A stretch of DNA of 64,000 nucleotides from an uncultured Acidobacteriota bacterium. GTDB lineage: Bacteria; Acidobacteriota; Thermoanaerobaculia; Gp7-AA8. Under the pieces are notes generated by a model that saw nothing but the letters and a program-made list of their open reading frames with translations, had not been told where the DNA came from and did not search any database. The DNA lies in contig CAVUKB010000005.1 of NCBI GenBank assembly GCA_963741955.1, positions 736,001-800,000 of the forward strand. The letters are read 5' to 3'. This document shows, piece after piece, positions 41,276 through 49,546 of the stretch; positions within the stretch are counted from its first letter, which is position 1; every line of letters begins with the position of its first letter. Made by a program: the position numbers and the translations under genes.

Positions 41276-41838
41276 CGCTGCACCTCCGGCGTGTTGCGGA
41301 TCTCGGAACGGATCGCGTGCTCGAATTCGCCGAGCGTGCGCGCCGGCTCGTCGGCGGCGGCCCGGATGGTGCCGGTCTGCCGGTCGAGCAGCATCAGATC
41401 CGAAGGTACGGGCCGGACCATCTCGTCGCCGCTCGCGCTCGACACGACTCGATAGGCTCCCTGGTCCTGGTAGAGGACCGTCTGACCCAATGCACTTCCG
41501 TGAAGAAACAGTACGTTACGCTCGCCCTCTCCGAAGCTCGGAACCCCTGAGGTGACCTGGTGGAGACCCCCGACCTCGCCGCCCGGCGTCACGACCGTGA
41601 CGACGGATGCGGGAAGGCCCTTGTAGACCTTCTCTACTCGGTAGGTTGACCAGGTAACAATCCAACGACCTGAAGGGTCGAATGCCGAATGCGTGCGGAT
41701 GCACGTGCCCAGTACGATCTGGTCGGCGACGGCGACTTTCTGCTGAAACGAAATCGCGCGCGCCGTAGCAGCAAACAAGCTCGAAGAGAGGGAGAGCGCC
41801 AGCGCGACCATCGTCGCGCAGACGAATCTCTTGGACAT
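41272..41838 (-). CDS. Secreted hypothetical protein coupled to the matrixin gene
   Basis: Signal peptide; AD.IV.G, V..V.KG, PGG.VG, G.PSF..GE..VLFL pattern; 4-nt overlap with the protease start. Confidence 0.8.
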   Translation of the reverse strand: MSKRFVCATMVALALSLSSSLFAATARAISFQQKVAVADQIVLGTCIRTHSAFDPSGRWIVTWSTYRVEKVYKGLPASVVTVVTPGGEVGGLHQVTSGVPSFGEGERNVLFLHGSALGQTVLYQDQGAYRVVSSASGDEMVRPVPSDLMLLDRQTGTIRAAADEPARTLGEFEHAIRSEIRNTPEVQR

Positions 41839-41928
41839 GGCGTCTCTCTCCCACGTTATCGGGACGCTGATGATCGAATGGGAATTTTGTTTGAATGGTC
41901 ATCGCGTCGCTCTCGATGAGTTATTTGA

Positions 41929-41944
41929 GCAACGGGGATGCCAA
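41929..41944 (-). promoter_or_regulatory. sigma54 (-24/-12) promoter of the secreted protein-matrixin operon
   Basis: Minus strand reads TTGGCATCCCCGTTGC (GG-N10-GC), ~90 nt upstream of the ATG at 41838. Confidence 0.72.
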
Positions 41945-42055
41945 GAAGAGGAGGGAGGCGGCCGGGGCGGGAGAGTTCGCTGAAACGTTCAGGTCTGACG
42001 GAGCCGAACGGTAACGAGCCGGCTGGATGGTATCCGGGCCGAGGAGCCTGGCTAG

Positions 42056-42214
42056 GAGTCTGCGCGATAGAAACGCCCGTAGCGAGAAAGCGGAGCAGCG
42101 CGGCCAAATTCGTTCAGATTTGAGGTGCGTGGTGGTGGCTACTCGCCGAAAATCCGGACGGATTTGGACCGCTGATCCGCTTTCGCAGTAGGACAGTTTC
42201 TACCGCGCAGACTC
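42056..42214 (+). mobile_element. 159-bp hairpin MITE-like element, family A
   Basis: TIR GAGTCTGCGCG(A/G)TAGAAAC / GTTTCTACCGCGCAGACTC; flanked by CTAG and CTGG; homologous to 49304-49463 and 46026-46094. Confidence 0.8.
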
Positions 42215-42218
42215 CTGG

Positions 42219-42394
42219 CCTGCATTTCTCACACCGTCTCGGCGCGAGGAGGCGGAGAGCGCCCTGGATGCAAGGCGCGCGCAGCTTCGGCGACGAAGGC
42301 ATAGTGGTGACTAAGTTGAGGAGCCGAAGCTCTGCGCAACGCAGCAGATAGGCCGCTATCCGTCTCCGCAGCAGCGACGGTGTGAGAAAGCGGG
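42219..42394 (+). mobile_element. 176-bp hairpin MITE-like element, family B
   Basis: TIR GCATTTCTCACACCGTC / GACGGTGTGAGAAAGC; flanked by CTGG and CTAG; highly similar to 45845-46021. Confidence 0.8.
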
Positions 42395-42431
42395 CTAGTG
42401 GCCGGGGCTCCTCAACATCCACGACCCGCGA

Positions 42432-42809
42432 TCAGAGCTTGACCGCGACCAGGTCGATCTCGACCGGGGCGCCCATCGGGAGCTGAGCGACACCGACCGT
42501 GCTCCGCGCGGGCTTGTGATCTCCGAAATACTCCGCGTAGATTCCGTTGAGTTTCTGGAACTGACCGAGATCGGTGAGATAGACGGTCGCCTTGACCACG
42601 TCATCGAACGAAGCTCCGGCCGAATCGAGCACGGCCCGGAGATTCTCGAACACGCGCCGGACCAGAGATTCGAATTCACCCTCCACCAGCTTTCCGGTCG
42701 CCGGATCGATCGGGATCTGTCCGGATGTATAGATGGTGTTGCCACGACCGACGGCCTGCGAATAGGGTCCGATCGCGCGAGGCGCGTTTTCCGTTGCGAA
42801 ATATTGCAT
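42432..42809 (-). CDS. ridA: RidA/YjgF-family reactive intermediate deaminase
   Basis: APRAIGPYSQAV, SGQIP, N..Y..YF...KPARS.V.V..LP..VEI. Confidence 0.92.
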   Translation of the reverse strand: MQYFATENAPRAIGPYSQAVGRGNTIYTSGQIPIDPATGKLVEGEFESLVRRVFENLRAVLDSAGASFDDVVKATVYLTDLGQFQKLNGIYAEYFGDHKPARSTVGVAQLPMGAPVEIDLVAVKL

Positions 42810-42912
42810 GAGGAGTTCCCCTTTTGAACGATCTCGGGGGCGAGTATATCTCGCGTTCCGCCGGTTTTACCTTTCGATATAATCAGGTATTCTCTCGTCC
42901 ACAGGAACGCTT

Positions 42913-45192
42913 ATGGATCCCAACGTGACGTATCCCGGAAATCCAGCACTCGCGCCGGAAGTGAAGGACCGCGTTCTTTCCACTTTCAGACAGACCATCG
43001 ATCTCTTCCGTCGTGGAAGTCTCGATGACGTCCGCGCGGGTTGTCAGCTTCTGATGCAGATGGACCCGCTGTTCGTCCCGGCGAAGAAGCTCCTGCAGGC
43101 GACGAGAGACCCCGACTCGGTGAACATCGAAGAGCTCGCTGCGGCGGCCGTATCACCTGCGCTCGAGGCCGAACTTTCGGAAGCGGAGGATGCCCTCCTC
43201 TCCCGAGATTTTGCCCGCGCCCAGCGGATCGCCGCCGGGGTACTTCAGCGCGACCCCGGAAATGGTGGAGCGGCTCGTGTGGCGGAAGAAGCTCGCGAGA
43301 TGATGGAAGCCGAGCCGTTCGTGAAACAGTTCCTTTCGAACGCCCGGAATCATCTGGTGAATGGCGACAGCGGTGCGGCCCTCGCTGCGCTGGAGAAAGT
43401 GAAATCACTCGATCCGAGCCATCCCGAGATCGCAGAGATCGAGACCGAAGCCGCACAGGGGTCCAGCGGCCTCGGCGCAGACGACTTCTCGAATTCTTCG
43501 TTTGGCTTCGTGACGCCGACGTTCGGCGACGCTGCGGATCCCGTTCCTCCGACTCCGGGCCGGAGTGCCGGCGAAGGGGGTGGCGCAGCTGCCAGTGACG
43601 AGAAGGGATTCGGGTTCATTCCCGAAGCGCAGGCCGAGCATGCCGCGGAGATCGACGTCTCCGGATCGAGCGATTCGTTCGTGGTCGATTCCCAACCCGA
43701 TCCTACCGGCACGACCGGTGCGCCGGCCGCCGAGTTCGGATTCAGCTTCGAAGAAGACCATCAACCAGCAGCTCCCTCCGCGTCTTCCGTCGACGCAGCC
43801 GCGAATGGCTTTTCGTTCGAGGACGCCGCGCCGGAGGAACCTGCTGCCCCGAAGGCCCCGGCCGCACCGCTCGACATGATCGGTGAAGCGCACACGTTCG
43901 ATTTCACCATGGCCGCCGTCGAGACTTCGCCGGAAGACCAGGCGAAGATCCGAACCTATCTCGAGGAAGGAGACAAGGCCTTCGAGAAAGGCGAGCTCCT
44001 CGACGCGATCGACGTCTGGTCGAAGATCTTTCTGATCGACGTCACGAATGAAGACGCATCGGCCCGAATAGAGAAAGCGCGAGGACGCCGGCTCGAACAG
44101 GAGTCGAAGGTCGATGCGCTCCTGAGCGAAGGAATACGCGCGTTCGATGGCCACGACCCGAACGGAGCGAAACAGATCTTCCAGCAGGTGATCGATCTCG
44201 ATTCGACGAATCCGACTGCGCTCGATTACCTGGAAAAGATCCAGCAGTCGGGCGGAGCAATTCCGCCCGTCACCACGCCCCCCTCACCGGCGGCGTCGGA
44301 CGCGCTCTTCGCCGACATCAGGGCAGGAGAGGACGAGGCGATCGCGTCGGAGTTCGCTTCGGCTCCGCCGCCACCCCGTTCCGCGGCGAGGCAGCGTCCC
44401 AGCCCAGCCCCAGCTGCGCCGGGAGGGAAAAAGCTCCCGATGCCGCTTCTCGCGGGTGTGGGAGTCGTCATTCTCCTTCTCGCCGGCTGGTTCGGATATC
44501 AGAAATTCGCCACCCCCGGTGGAGATCCGACTGCAGCCCAGACGGAGTCGATGTTTGCAAAGGCCAGGACCATGGCCTCGCAAGGTGATTTCGACGGAGC
44601 AATACGGCTCCTCAGCGGCGTCGCCCCGGACAATGCGAACCACGACCGCGCCCTCGAAATGATCGCCGACTTCAAGAACAAGAAGGAAGCCGCGTCGAGC
44701 ACGATCGGAGGGCGACCTGCCGACCAGGTATTCCGCGAGCTCGTGGAGCAGGGAAAGACGGCCTACCGTTCGCGCGACTTCCTCGCTGCGAAGGAGGCTT
44801 TCGAGAAGGCGAATGCAATTCGGGCTCTCTCCGCGTCTGACCAGCAGTTGTTCCAGGACGCGAGCGGACGAGTCTCGAAGCTCGACAGTGCCAGGGCTCT
44901 TTTCAAGGAAGGGAACTATGAGGGGGCAATCCTCAATCTCGAGACGCTGAAGAAACAGGATCCGGACAATGCGACGATCGATCGCCTGATCACCGACGCG
45001 CATTACAACCTCGGTGTGAAAGCGCTGCAGGACGAGCGTCTCCCCGATGCGATCACCGAATTCGGAAGCGTCCTGGAGGCGAATCCGAACGACCAGACCG
45101 CACGCCGCAGTCGTGATCTTGCGACCCGCTACGACGGACAACCGCGAGACCTCCTCTACAAGATCTACGTGAAGTACCTGCCGATCCGCTGA
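42913..45192 (+). CDS. Bitopic membrane protein with TPR domains and an acidic Phe-rich linker
   Basis: TPR-like helices, long acidic/Phe low-complexity region, TM LLAGVGVVILLLAGWFGY, C-terminal TPRs (HYNLGV); TATAAT at 42878. Confidence 0.85.
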   Translation: MDPNVTYPGNPALAPEVKDRVLSTFRQTIDLFRRGSLDDVRAGCQLLMQMDPLFVPAKKLLQATRDPDSVNIEELAAAAVSPALEAELSEAEDALLSRDFARAQRIAAGVLQRDPGNGGAARVAEEAREMMEAEPFVKQFLSNARNHLVNGDSGAALAALEKVKSLDPSHPEIAEIETEAAQGSSGLGADDFSNSSFGFVTPTFGDAADPVPPTPGRSAGEGGGAAASDEKGFGFIPEAQAEHAAEIDVSGSSDSFVVDSQPDPTGTTGAPAAEFGFSFEEDHQPAAPSASSVDAAANGFSFEDAAPEEPAAPKAPAAPLDMIGEAHTFDFTMAAVETSPEDQAKIRTYLEEGDKAFEKGELLDAIDVWSKIFLIDVTNEDASARIEKARGRRLEQESKVDALLSEGIRAFDGHDPNGAKQIFQQVIDLDSTNPTALDYLEKIQQSGGAIPPVTTPPSPAASDALFADIRAGEDEAIASEFASAPPPPRSAARQRPSPAPAAPGGKKLPMPLLAGVGVVILLLAGWFGYQKFATPGGDPTAAQTESMFAKARTMASQGDFDGAIRLLSGVAPDNANHDRALEMIADFKNKKEAASSTIGGRPADQVFRELVEQGKTAYRSRDFLAAKEAFEKANAIRALSASDQQLFQDASGRVSKLDSARALFKEGNYEGAILNLETLKKQDPDNATIDRLITDAHYNLGVKALQDERLPDAITEFGSVLEANPNDQTARRSRDLATRYDGQPRDLLYKIYVKYLPIR

Positions 45193-45198
45193 GGTGAG

Positions 45199-45729
45199 AT
45201 GACCCCGAATCGATCGACCCCCGAGGGAGGAGAGGTCCGTTTCGAAGAAATGGAGCTCACTCCCGGGCCCTCTCTTCCCGGAATCTCCACGGCGCCGGCC
45301 ACCACGACTCCTACCCGGATCGCATCCCGCTGGCGACGCCTCCTCGCCACCGCGACCGACCTCTCGCTGTTCCTCGCCCTCGCGCTGGCGATGACTCCAC
45401 TGATTCAGCAACGAGGTTCGATCGCTGCGACGTTCCGCGGTGAGGCGCTGGCGATCGCGGGAGTGGTCGGATTTCTTCTCGTCCTCTCCTACTACTACTT
45501 CGTCGGTGGATGGCTGGTGTGGGGAAAGACGGTCGGAGGAGCCATCTTTGATCTCGAGATCGAGCGGGACGAGGGAACGAAGCTCGACATCCGCGCCGCG
45601 AACTGGCGTTGGACGGGACTGATGCTCTCCCTTCTCACTGGCGGGATCGGATTCGCGGTCGGGATTCTCCCCGGTGGCCGCACCCTGGCGGACCGCCTCT
45701 CTCACTCGTGCCCTGTGCGGGCATTCTGA
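45199..45729 (+). CDS. RDD-family membrane protein
   Basis: ASRWRRLLATATD, GKTVG, RTLADRLS. Confidence 0.82.
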   Translation: MTPNRSTPEGGEVRFEEMELTPGPSLPGISTAPATTTPTRIASRWRRLLATATDLSLFLALALAMTPLIQQRGSIAATFRGEALAIAGVVGFLLVLSYYYFVGGWLVWGKTVGGAIFDLEIERDEGTKLDIRAANWRWTGLMLSLLTGGIGFAVGILPGGRTLADRLSHSCPVRAF

Positions 45730-45844
45730 GAGAGCGCACTCTTCGCGACCTCGGGGTTCTCGCACTCTCTCCGCTGCGGAGGCGCCTCCTCCGGGACCGC
45801 TCTCCACATCCTCGCTGCGGAACGGTGCGAGAAGTCCGGGCCGG

Positions 45845-46021
45845 CCCGCATTTCTCACACCATCTCGTCGCGAGGAGGCGGAGAGTGGCCTGGATGCAAG
45901 GCGTGCCTCGCTTCGGCGACGAAGGCATAGTGGTGACTATGTCGAGTCGCCGGAGCGGGGCTCAACGCAGCAGACAGGCCGCTATCCGGCTCCGCAGCAG
46001 AGATGGTGTGAGAAATGCGGG
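45845..46021 (+). mobile_element. 177-bp hairpin element, family B
   Basis: Perfect TIR CCCGCATTTCTCACACCATCTC / GAGATGGTGTGAGAAATGCGGG; flanked by CCGG and CCAG. Confidence 0.82.
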
Positions 46022-46025
46022 CCAG

Positions 46026-46094
46026 GAGTCTGCGCGGTAGAAACGTCCGTAGCGAGAAAGCGGAGCAGCAGGACAGTTTCTACGGCGCAGACTC
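46026..46094 (+). mobile_element. Internally deleted family A element (69 bp)
   Basis: Both TIRs retained; ~90 bp of the interior is missing, with the join at a GCAG microhomology. Confidence 0.78.
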
Positions 46095-46111
46095 CTCGTC
46101 TGCTCATTCCC

Positions 46112-46531
46112 TCAGAACCGCGGGAACCACTGGTACAGAAAGAAGTAGACCAGCACCCCGGTCACCGAGACGTAGCCCCAGATCGGGAGAGTCCAGCGGG
46201 CGAGCCGTCGGTGGAGGGCGAACCTTCCCTTCAAAGCGCGAAAGAGTGTGAATCCCACCAGCGGAACGATCGCAGCGGCGAGGATGGTGTGGGACGTGAG
46301 GATCGAGAAATAGAGGGGGCGGCTCCAGCCGCTTCCGGCGAACTTCGTCACGCCGGCCTGCGAGTGGTAGAGGAGATACGAAACCAGAAAAACGAGCGAA
46401 GTCGCGCAGGCGGCGAGCATCGCCGCGCGGTGGGCCCGGATCGCTCGTCGCCGGATCAGGACGAACCCGCCGACGAGTAACACGGCACTCAGGCCGTTGA
46501 GCGTTGCGTTGAGCGCAGGCCAGGTCTGCAT
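46112..46531 (-). CDS. DUF420 (CtaM-like) membrane protein
   Basis: PALNATLN, HRAAM, FLVSYL.YH, Y..IL.SH..LA, HRRLARWTLPIW.YVSVTGV.VY. Confidence 0.9.
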   Translation of the reverse strand: MQTWPALNATLNGLSAVLLVGGFVLIRRRAIRAHRAAMLAACATSLVFLVSYLLYHSQAGVTKFAGSGWSRPLYFSILTSHTILAAAIVPLVGFTLFRALKGRFALHRRLARWTLPIWGYVSVTGVLVYFFLYQWFPRF

Positions 46532-46535
46532 CGGT

Positions 46536-47162
46536 TCACTTCCCGGCGACCAGGCTGGCGATGTCACGGATCAGCTTCGCCTCCGAATCGTCGGACATGG
46601 AATCATAGTACCCGCGAATCTCTCCCTGTCGATCCGCGAGTACGAATCGCGTGCTGTGGACGATCGGTTGTCCTGCTCCCCCTCCCTGCACGGCGCCGAG
46701 CTTGAAGTCTTTCGAGGACGCGAGATGAATCGCCTCCCGGTCTCCGGTCAGGAACAGCCATCTCGGATCGTCCGCGTGCATGATCCGGGCGTACCGCGTG
46801 AGCACCTTCGGCGTGTCGTAGTCCGGGTCCACGGTGATCGAGACGAACCTGACGTCCGCGGATCCGACCTTCGAAGCGAGCCGCTTCATCGCATTGGTCA
46901 TGATCGGACAGGGACCCCCGCAACGGGTGAAGATGAAATCGTAGACCACGACGGAGCCGCGGAGATCGCGCAGATTCAAACTCTTCCCGTGCCGCGATAC
47001 GAGCGAGAGGTCCGGCACGGGGTAGAGCTGCGGGAGAGGCGGCTGTTGGCGGCAGGAGACCAGCAGCAGGGAAACGAGAACGGCGGAAACGAAAGTCAGT
47101 GCAATGGACTTGCTTTTCATCGGCTTCTTGGGCTTCCTGGGCTTCTTGCCGGAACCGGACAT
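46536..47162 (-). CDS. SCO1/SenC copper chaperone lipoprotein
   Basis: FIFTRCGGPCP, ITVDP..DTP, W.FLTG, HS.RFVL.D; lipobox LVSC; start could be 47120. Confidence 0.9.
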   Translation of the reverse strand: MSGSGKKPRKPKKPMKSKSIALTFVSAVLVSLLLVSCRQQPPLPQLYPVPDLSLVSRHGKSLNLRDLRGSVVVYDFIFTRCGGPCPIMTNAMKRLASKVGSADVRFVSITVDPDYDTPKVLTRYARIMHADDPRWLFLTGDREAIHLASSKDFKLGAVQGGGAGQPIVHSTRFVLADRQGEIRGYYDSMSDDSEAKLIRDIASLVAGK

Positions 47163-47236
47163 CGCGCTCCGGCTCCAGTTCCTGGACGCGCAGGCGCTCG
47201 ATGATTCGGCGCCGCGGTGATCAATCAACGGATCAA

Positions 47237-48100
47237 TCAATGGATGCCGGCGCTGATCACGAGCATCGACATCACGACCACCAGATAGAGATTCGACACG
47301 CCGAACAGCATGCGTGCCGACCGGATACTTCGGGTACGAAGAAACGAAAGTGAAGCGAGCAGCAGCATCGCTCCGACGATGGCGGCACCGACCAGGTAGT
47401 CGAGCCCCGCCACTCGGGCGAGAGTCGGAAGAAGGCTTACCGGAAGGAGCGCGAGCGAGAAGACGAACGCCTGACGGCTGCTGAGCGTCCCGTCGCGATC
47501 GTTCACCGAGATGATCGCGAATCCAGCCCTCCCGTAGTCTTCGCGGTAAAGCCATGCGATGGCGAGAAAGTGCGGGAGCTGCCAGAGAAACATCAGACCG
47601 AACAGGATCCACGCGCCGAGATCCAGATGCCCCACGGCTCCGGCCCAGCCGATCATCGGAGGAATCGCACCCGGAACCGCGCCGATCACCGTGCAGAGAT
47701 CGGTCTTCTGCTTGAGCGGAGTGTAAATGAACAGATAGCTCGCCAGGGTTGCGAACGTCAGGATCGACGCCAGCGGGTTCACCACGAACCAGAGCCAGAC
47801 CACGCCGATCACCGAGATCGCGACCGAGAACCGCAGTGCCGCACGCTCGGTCATCCTGGAGCCCGGCAGAGGGCGTCTACGGGTCCGCTTCATCAGCGAA
47901 TCGAGATGCCTCTCCATGTACTGGTTCAGTGCGTTGGTGCCACCGGCCACCAGGGCCGTTCCGAAGAGAGTGGAAAGGAGGGTCAGGGCATCGAATCCAC
48001 CCGGGCTTGCGATGTAGAAACCGGCCGCAGTGGTGATCAGAATCATCACCACGATGCGCGCTTTCGTCAGTACGAGATAGGCGCCGATGGTCTCTTTCAA
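47237..48100 (-). CDS. ctaB: Protoheme IX farnesyltransferase (heme o synthase)
   Basis: LTKARI, NQ..E..D..M.RT..RPLP, YTPLK, GA.PGAIPP..GW, WQLPHF, YREDY; start uncertain (48100 or 48157). Confidence 0.93.
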   Translation of the reverse strand: MKETIGAYLVLTKARIVVMILITTAAGFYIASPGGFDALTLLSTLFGTALVAGGTNALNQYMERHLDSLMKRTRRRPLPGSRMTERAALRFSVAISVIGVVWLWFVVNPLASILTFATLASYLFIYTPLKQKTDLCTVIGAVPGAIPPMIGWAGAVGHLDLGAWILFGLMFLWQLPHFLAIAWLYREDYGRAGFAIISVNDRDGTLSSRQAFVFSLALLPVSLLPTLARVAGLDYLVGAAIVGAMLLLASLSFLRTRSIRSARMLFGVSNLYLVVVMSMLVISAGIH

Positions 48101-48131
48101 TCCGTTCCTGCTCCCCTCTGTCTCTCTCGGC

Positions 48132-49082
48132 TCAGGCAATGGCCTCTCCCCCTGCAATCACCATCCCGCGCTCTCTCGCCCGGGCGCGCACCACGTGCGC
48201 TGAGAGGGCGAACACGACGGTCGTGGCAAATGTGAGTGCTCCGGTGACGACGTGGAAACTGGTGATGACCGGCTGTTTCGAGCTCCAGACCGTGACCGCT
48301 CCGAGTGAGATCTGGAGAGTCACCAGGACTATGAGGAACGCGTAGATACGCCCGACCCGCCGGTCCGCTCGTCTCAGAATCCATGGCCCCATCGCGTAGA
48401 TCACCAGACCCAGGAGCACGCCCCATGTCCGATGCGCGAAATTCACCGCGATTGCGGTGCTGGTGAAGTCCGGAACCAGGTGTCCGAAAGAGAGTGGGAA
48501 ATCAGGGATGGCCAGCCCTGCGCCGATATGGCGCATCACCGCGCCGATCAGAATCTGCACGTACACCGCGCCGACGAGGAGTTTCCCGATCCCGGCGAGA
48601 TCGAGCGACCCTTCGGCGACATCGCCAGAGAGCCGGAGGTAGAACCGTGAAGTGAAGAAGGCGATGCTGACATTGATCGAAAGAAAGATCTCGGCGAGCC
48701 CGGCGTGGGCGACCGAGATCGAAGGGGGAAGGAGGAACAGGACGGTCAGCCCTCCGAGGAGCCCCTGCGCGACGACCGCGCCTACCGCCGTCCATCCGAG
48801 AATCCGGACCACCCGCTTCGGCTCCCGCATCTGCAGCCACACGGCCTGGACCATGGTCAGAAAGCCGACGCTCGCCGCGATCATCCGATGACCGTGCTCG
48901 TAGAAGATCCCGCCCACCATCGGGGGGAAGACCATACCGAACGACAGCGGCCAGTCCGGGACGGAGAGTCCGGAAGCGGTACTCGTCACCATCGCGCCGG
49001 CGAAGACGAGAAAGAGCGTCGAGAACGCCGTCAGCTTGGTGTAGCGGCGAAGCCAGTCAGGAGTGGCGGGAATCATCGACAT
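48132..49082 (-). CDS. ctaA: Heme A synthase (COX15/CtaA)
   Basis: SGLSVPDWP, EHGHR, QGLLGGLTV, AH, FAHR, Q..LG..TV, FH. Confidence 0.88.
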   Translation of the reverse strand: MSMIPATPDWLRRYTKLTAFSTLFLVFAGAMVTSTASGLSVPDWPLSFGMVFPPMVGGIFYEHGHRMIAASVGFLTMVQAVWLQMREPKRVVRILGWTAVGAVVAQGLLGGLTVLFLLPPSISVAHAGLAEIFLSINVSIAFFTSRFYLRLSGDVAEGSLDLAGIGKLLVGAVYVQILIGAVMRHIGAGLAIPDFPLSFGHLVPDFTSTAIAVNFAHRTWGVLLGLVIYAMGPWILRRADRRVGRIYAFLIVLVTLQISLGAVTVWSSKQPVITSFHVVTGALTFATTVVFALSAHVVRARARERGMVIAGGEAIA

Positions 49083-49303
49083 CAGTTGTAGATCTCGGCA
49101 GCCACAGATCGCATGCGGCCGGGGCGTTTCCCTGTCGCGAGCCTCTTCGCGCCAGGTTCGATCGGGGAGTCGTCTTGTCCTGCAAAGCTCCGGAGAGCGA
49201 TATACCCTTCATAGCCTGCCAAAATTCCCCGGCCGGCCGCGGCGCTTCCGTCACCGCGCCGGCGAGAGTGTCGAAAAGATTCGGATTCGTGCTGCGCTCC
49301 CGG

Positions 49304-49463
49304 GAGTCTGCGCGGTAGAAACTCTCCTGCTGCGAAGGCCGATCGGCGGTCCGGATCCGCCCGGATTTTCGGCGATTAGCCACCGCTACGAGCCTCGGGT
49401 TCCGAACGAATCCGGCCTCGCTGCTCCGCTTTCTCGCTACGGACGTTTCGACCCTGCAGACTC
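49304..49463 (-). mobile_element. 160-bp family A hairpin element, inverted orientation
   Basis: Reverse complement aligns over the full length with 42056-42214; flanked by CCGG and CTGG. Confidence 0.8.
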
Positions 49464-49546
49464 CTGGGCCCGGCTTCTTGCAAGATCCGCACTCATCCCC
49501 CTTCCCGCTGCTTCGGATGAGTACGCGTGATTCCCTTCTGGACACT

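Noticed and set aside
42114-42422. ORFs overlapping the hairpin elements (also 49057-49545 and 45674-46480)
   Set aside because: Shared peptide phrases only reflect the DNA repeat; there is no coding signal.
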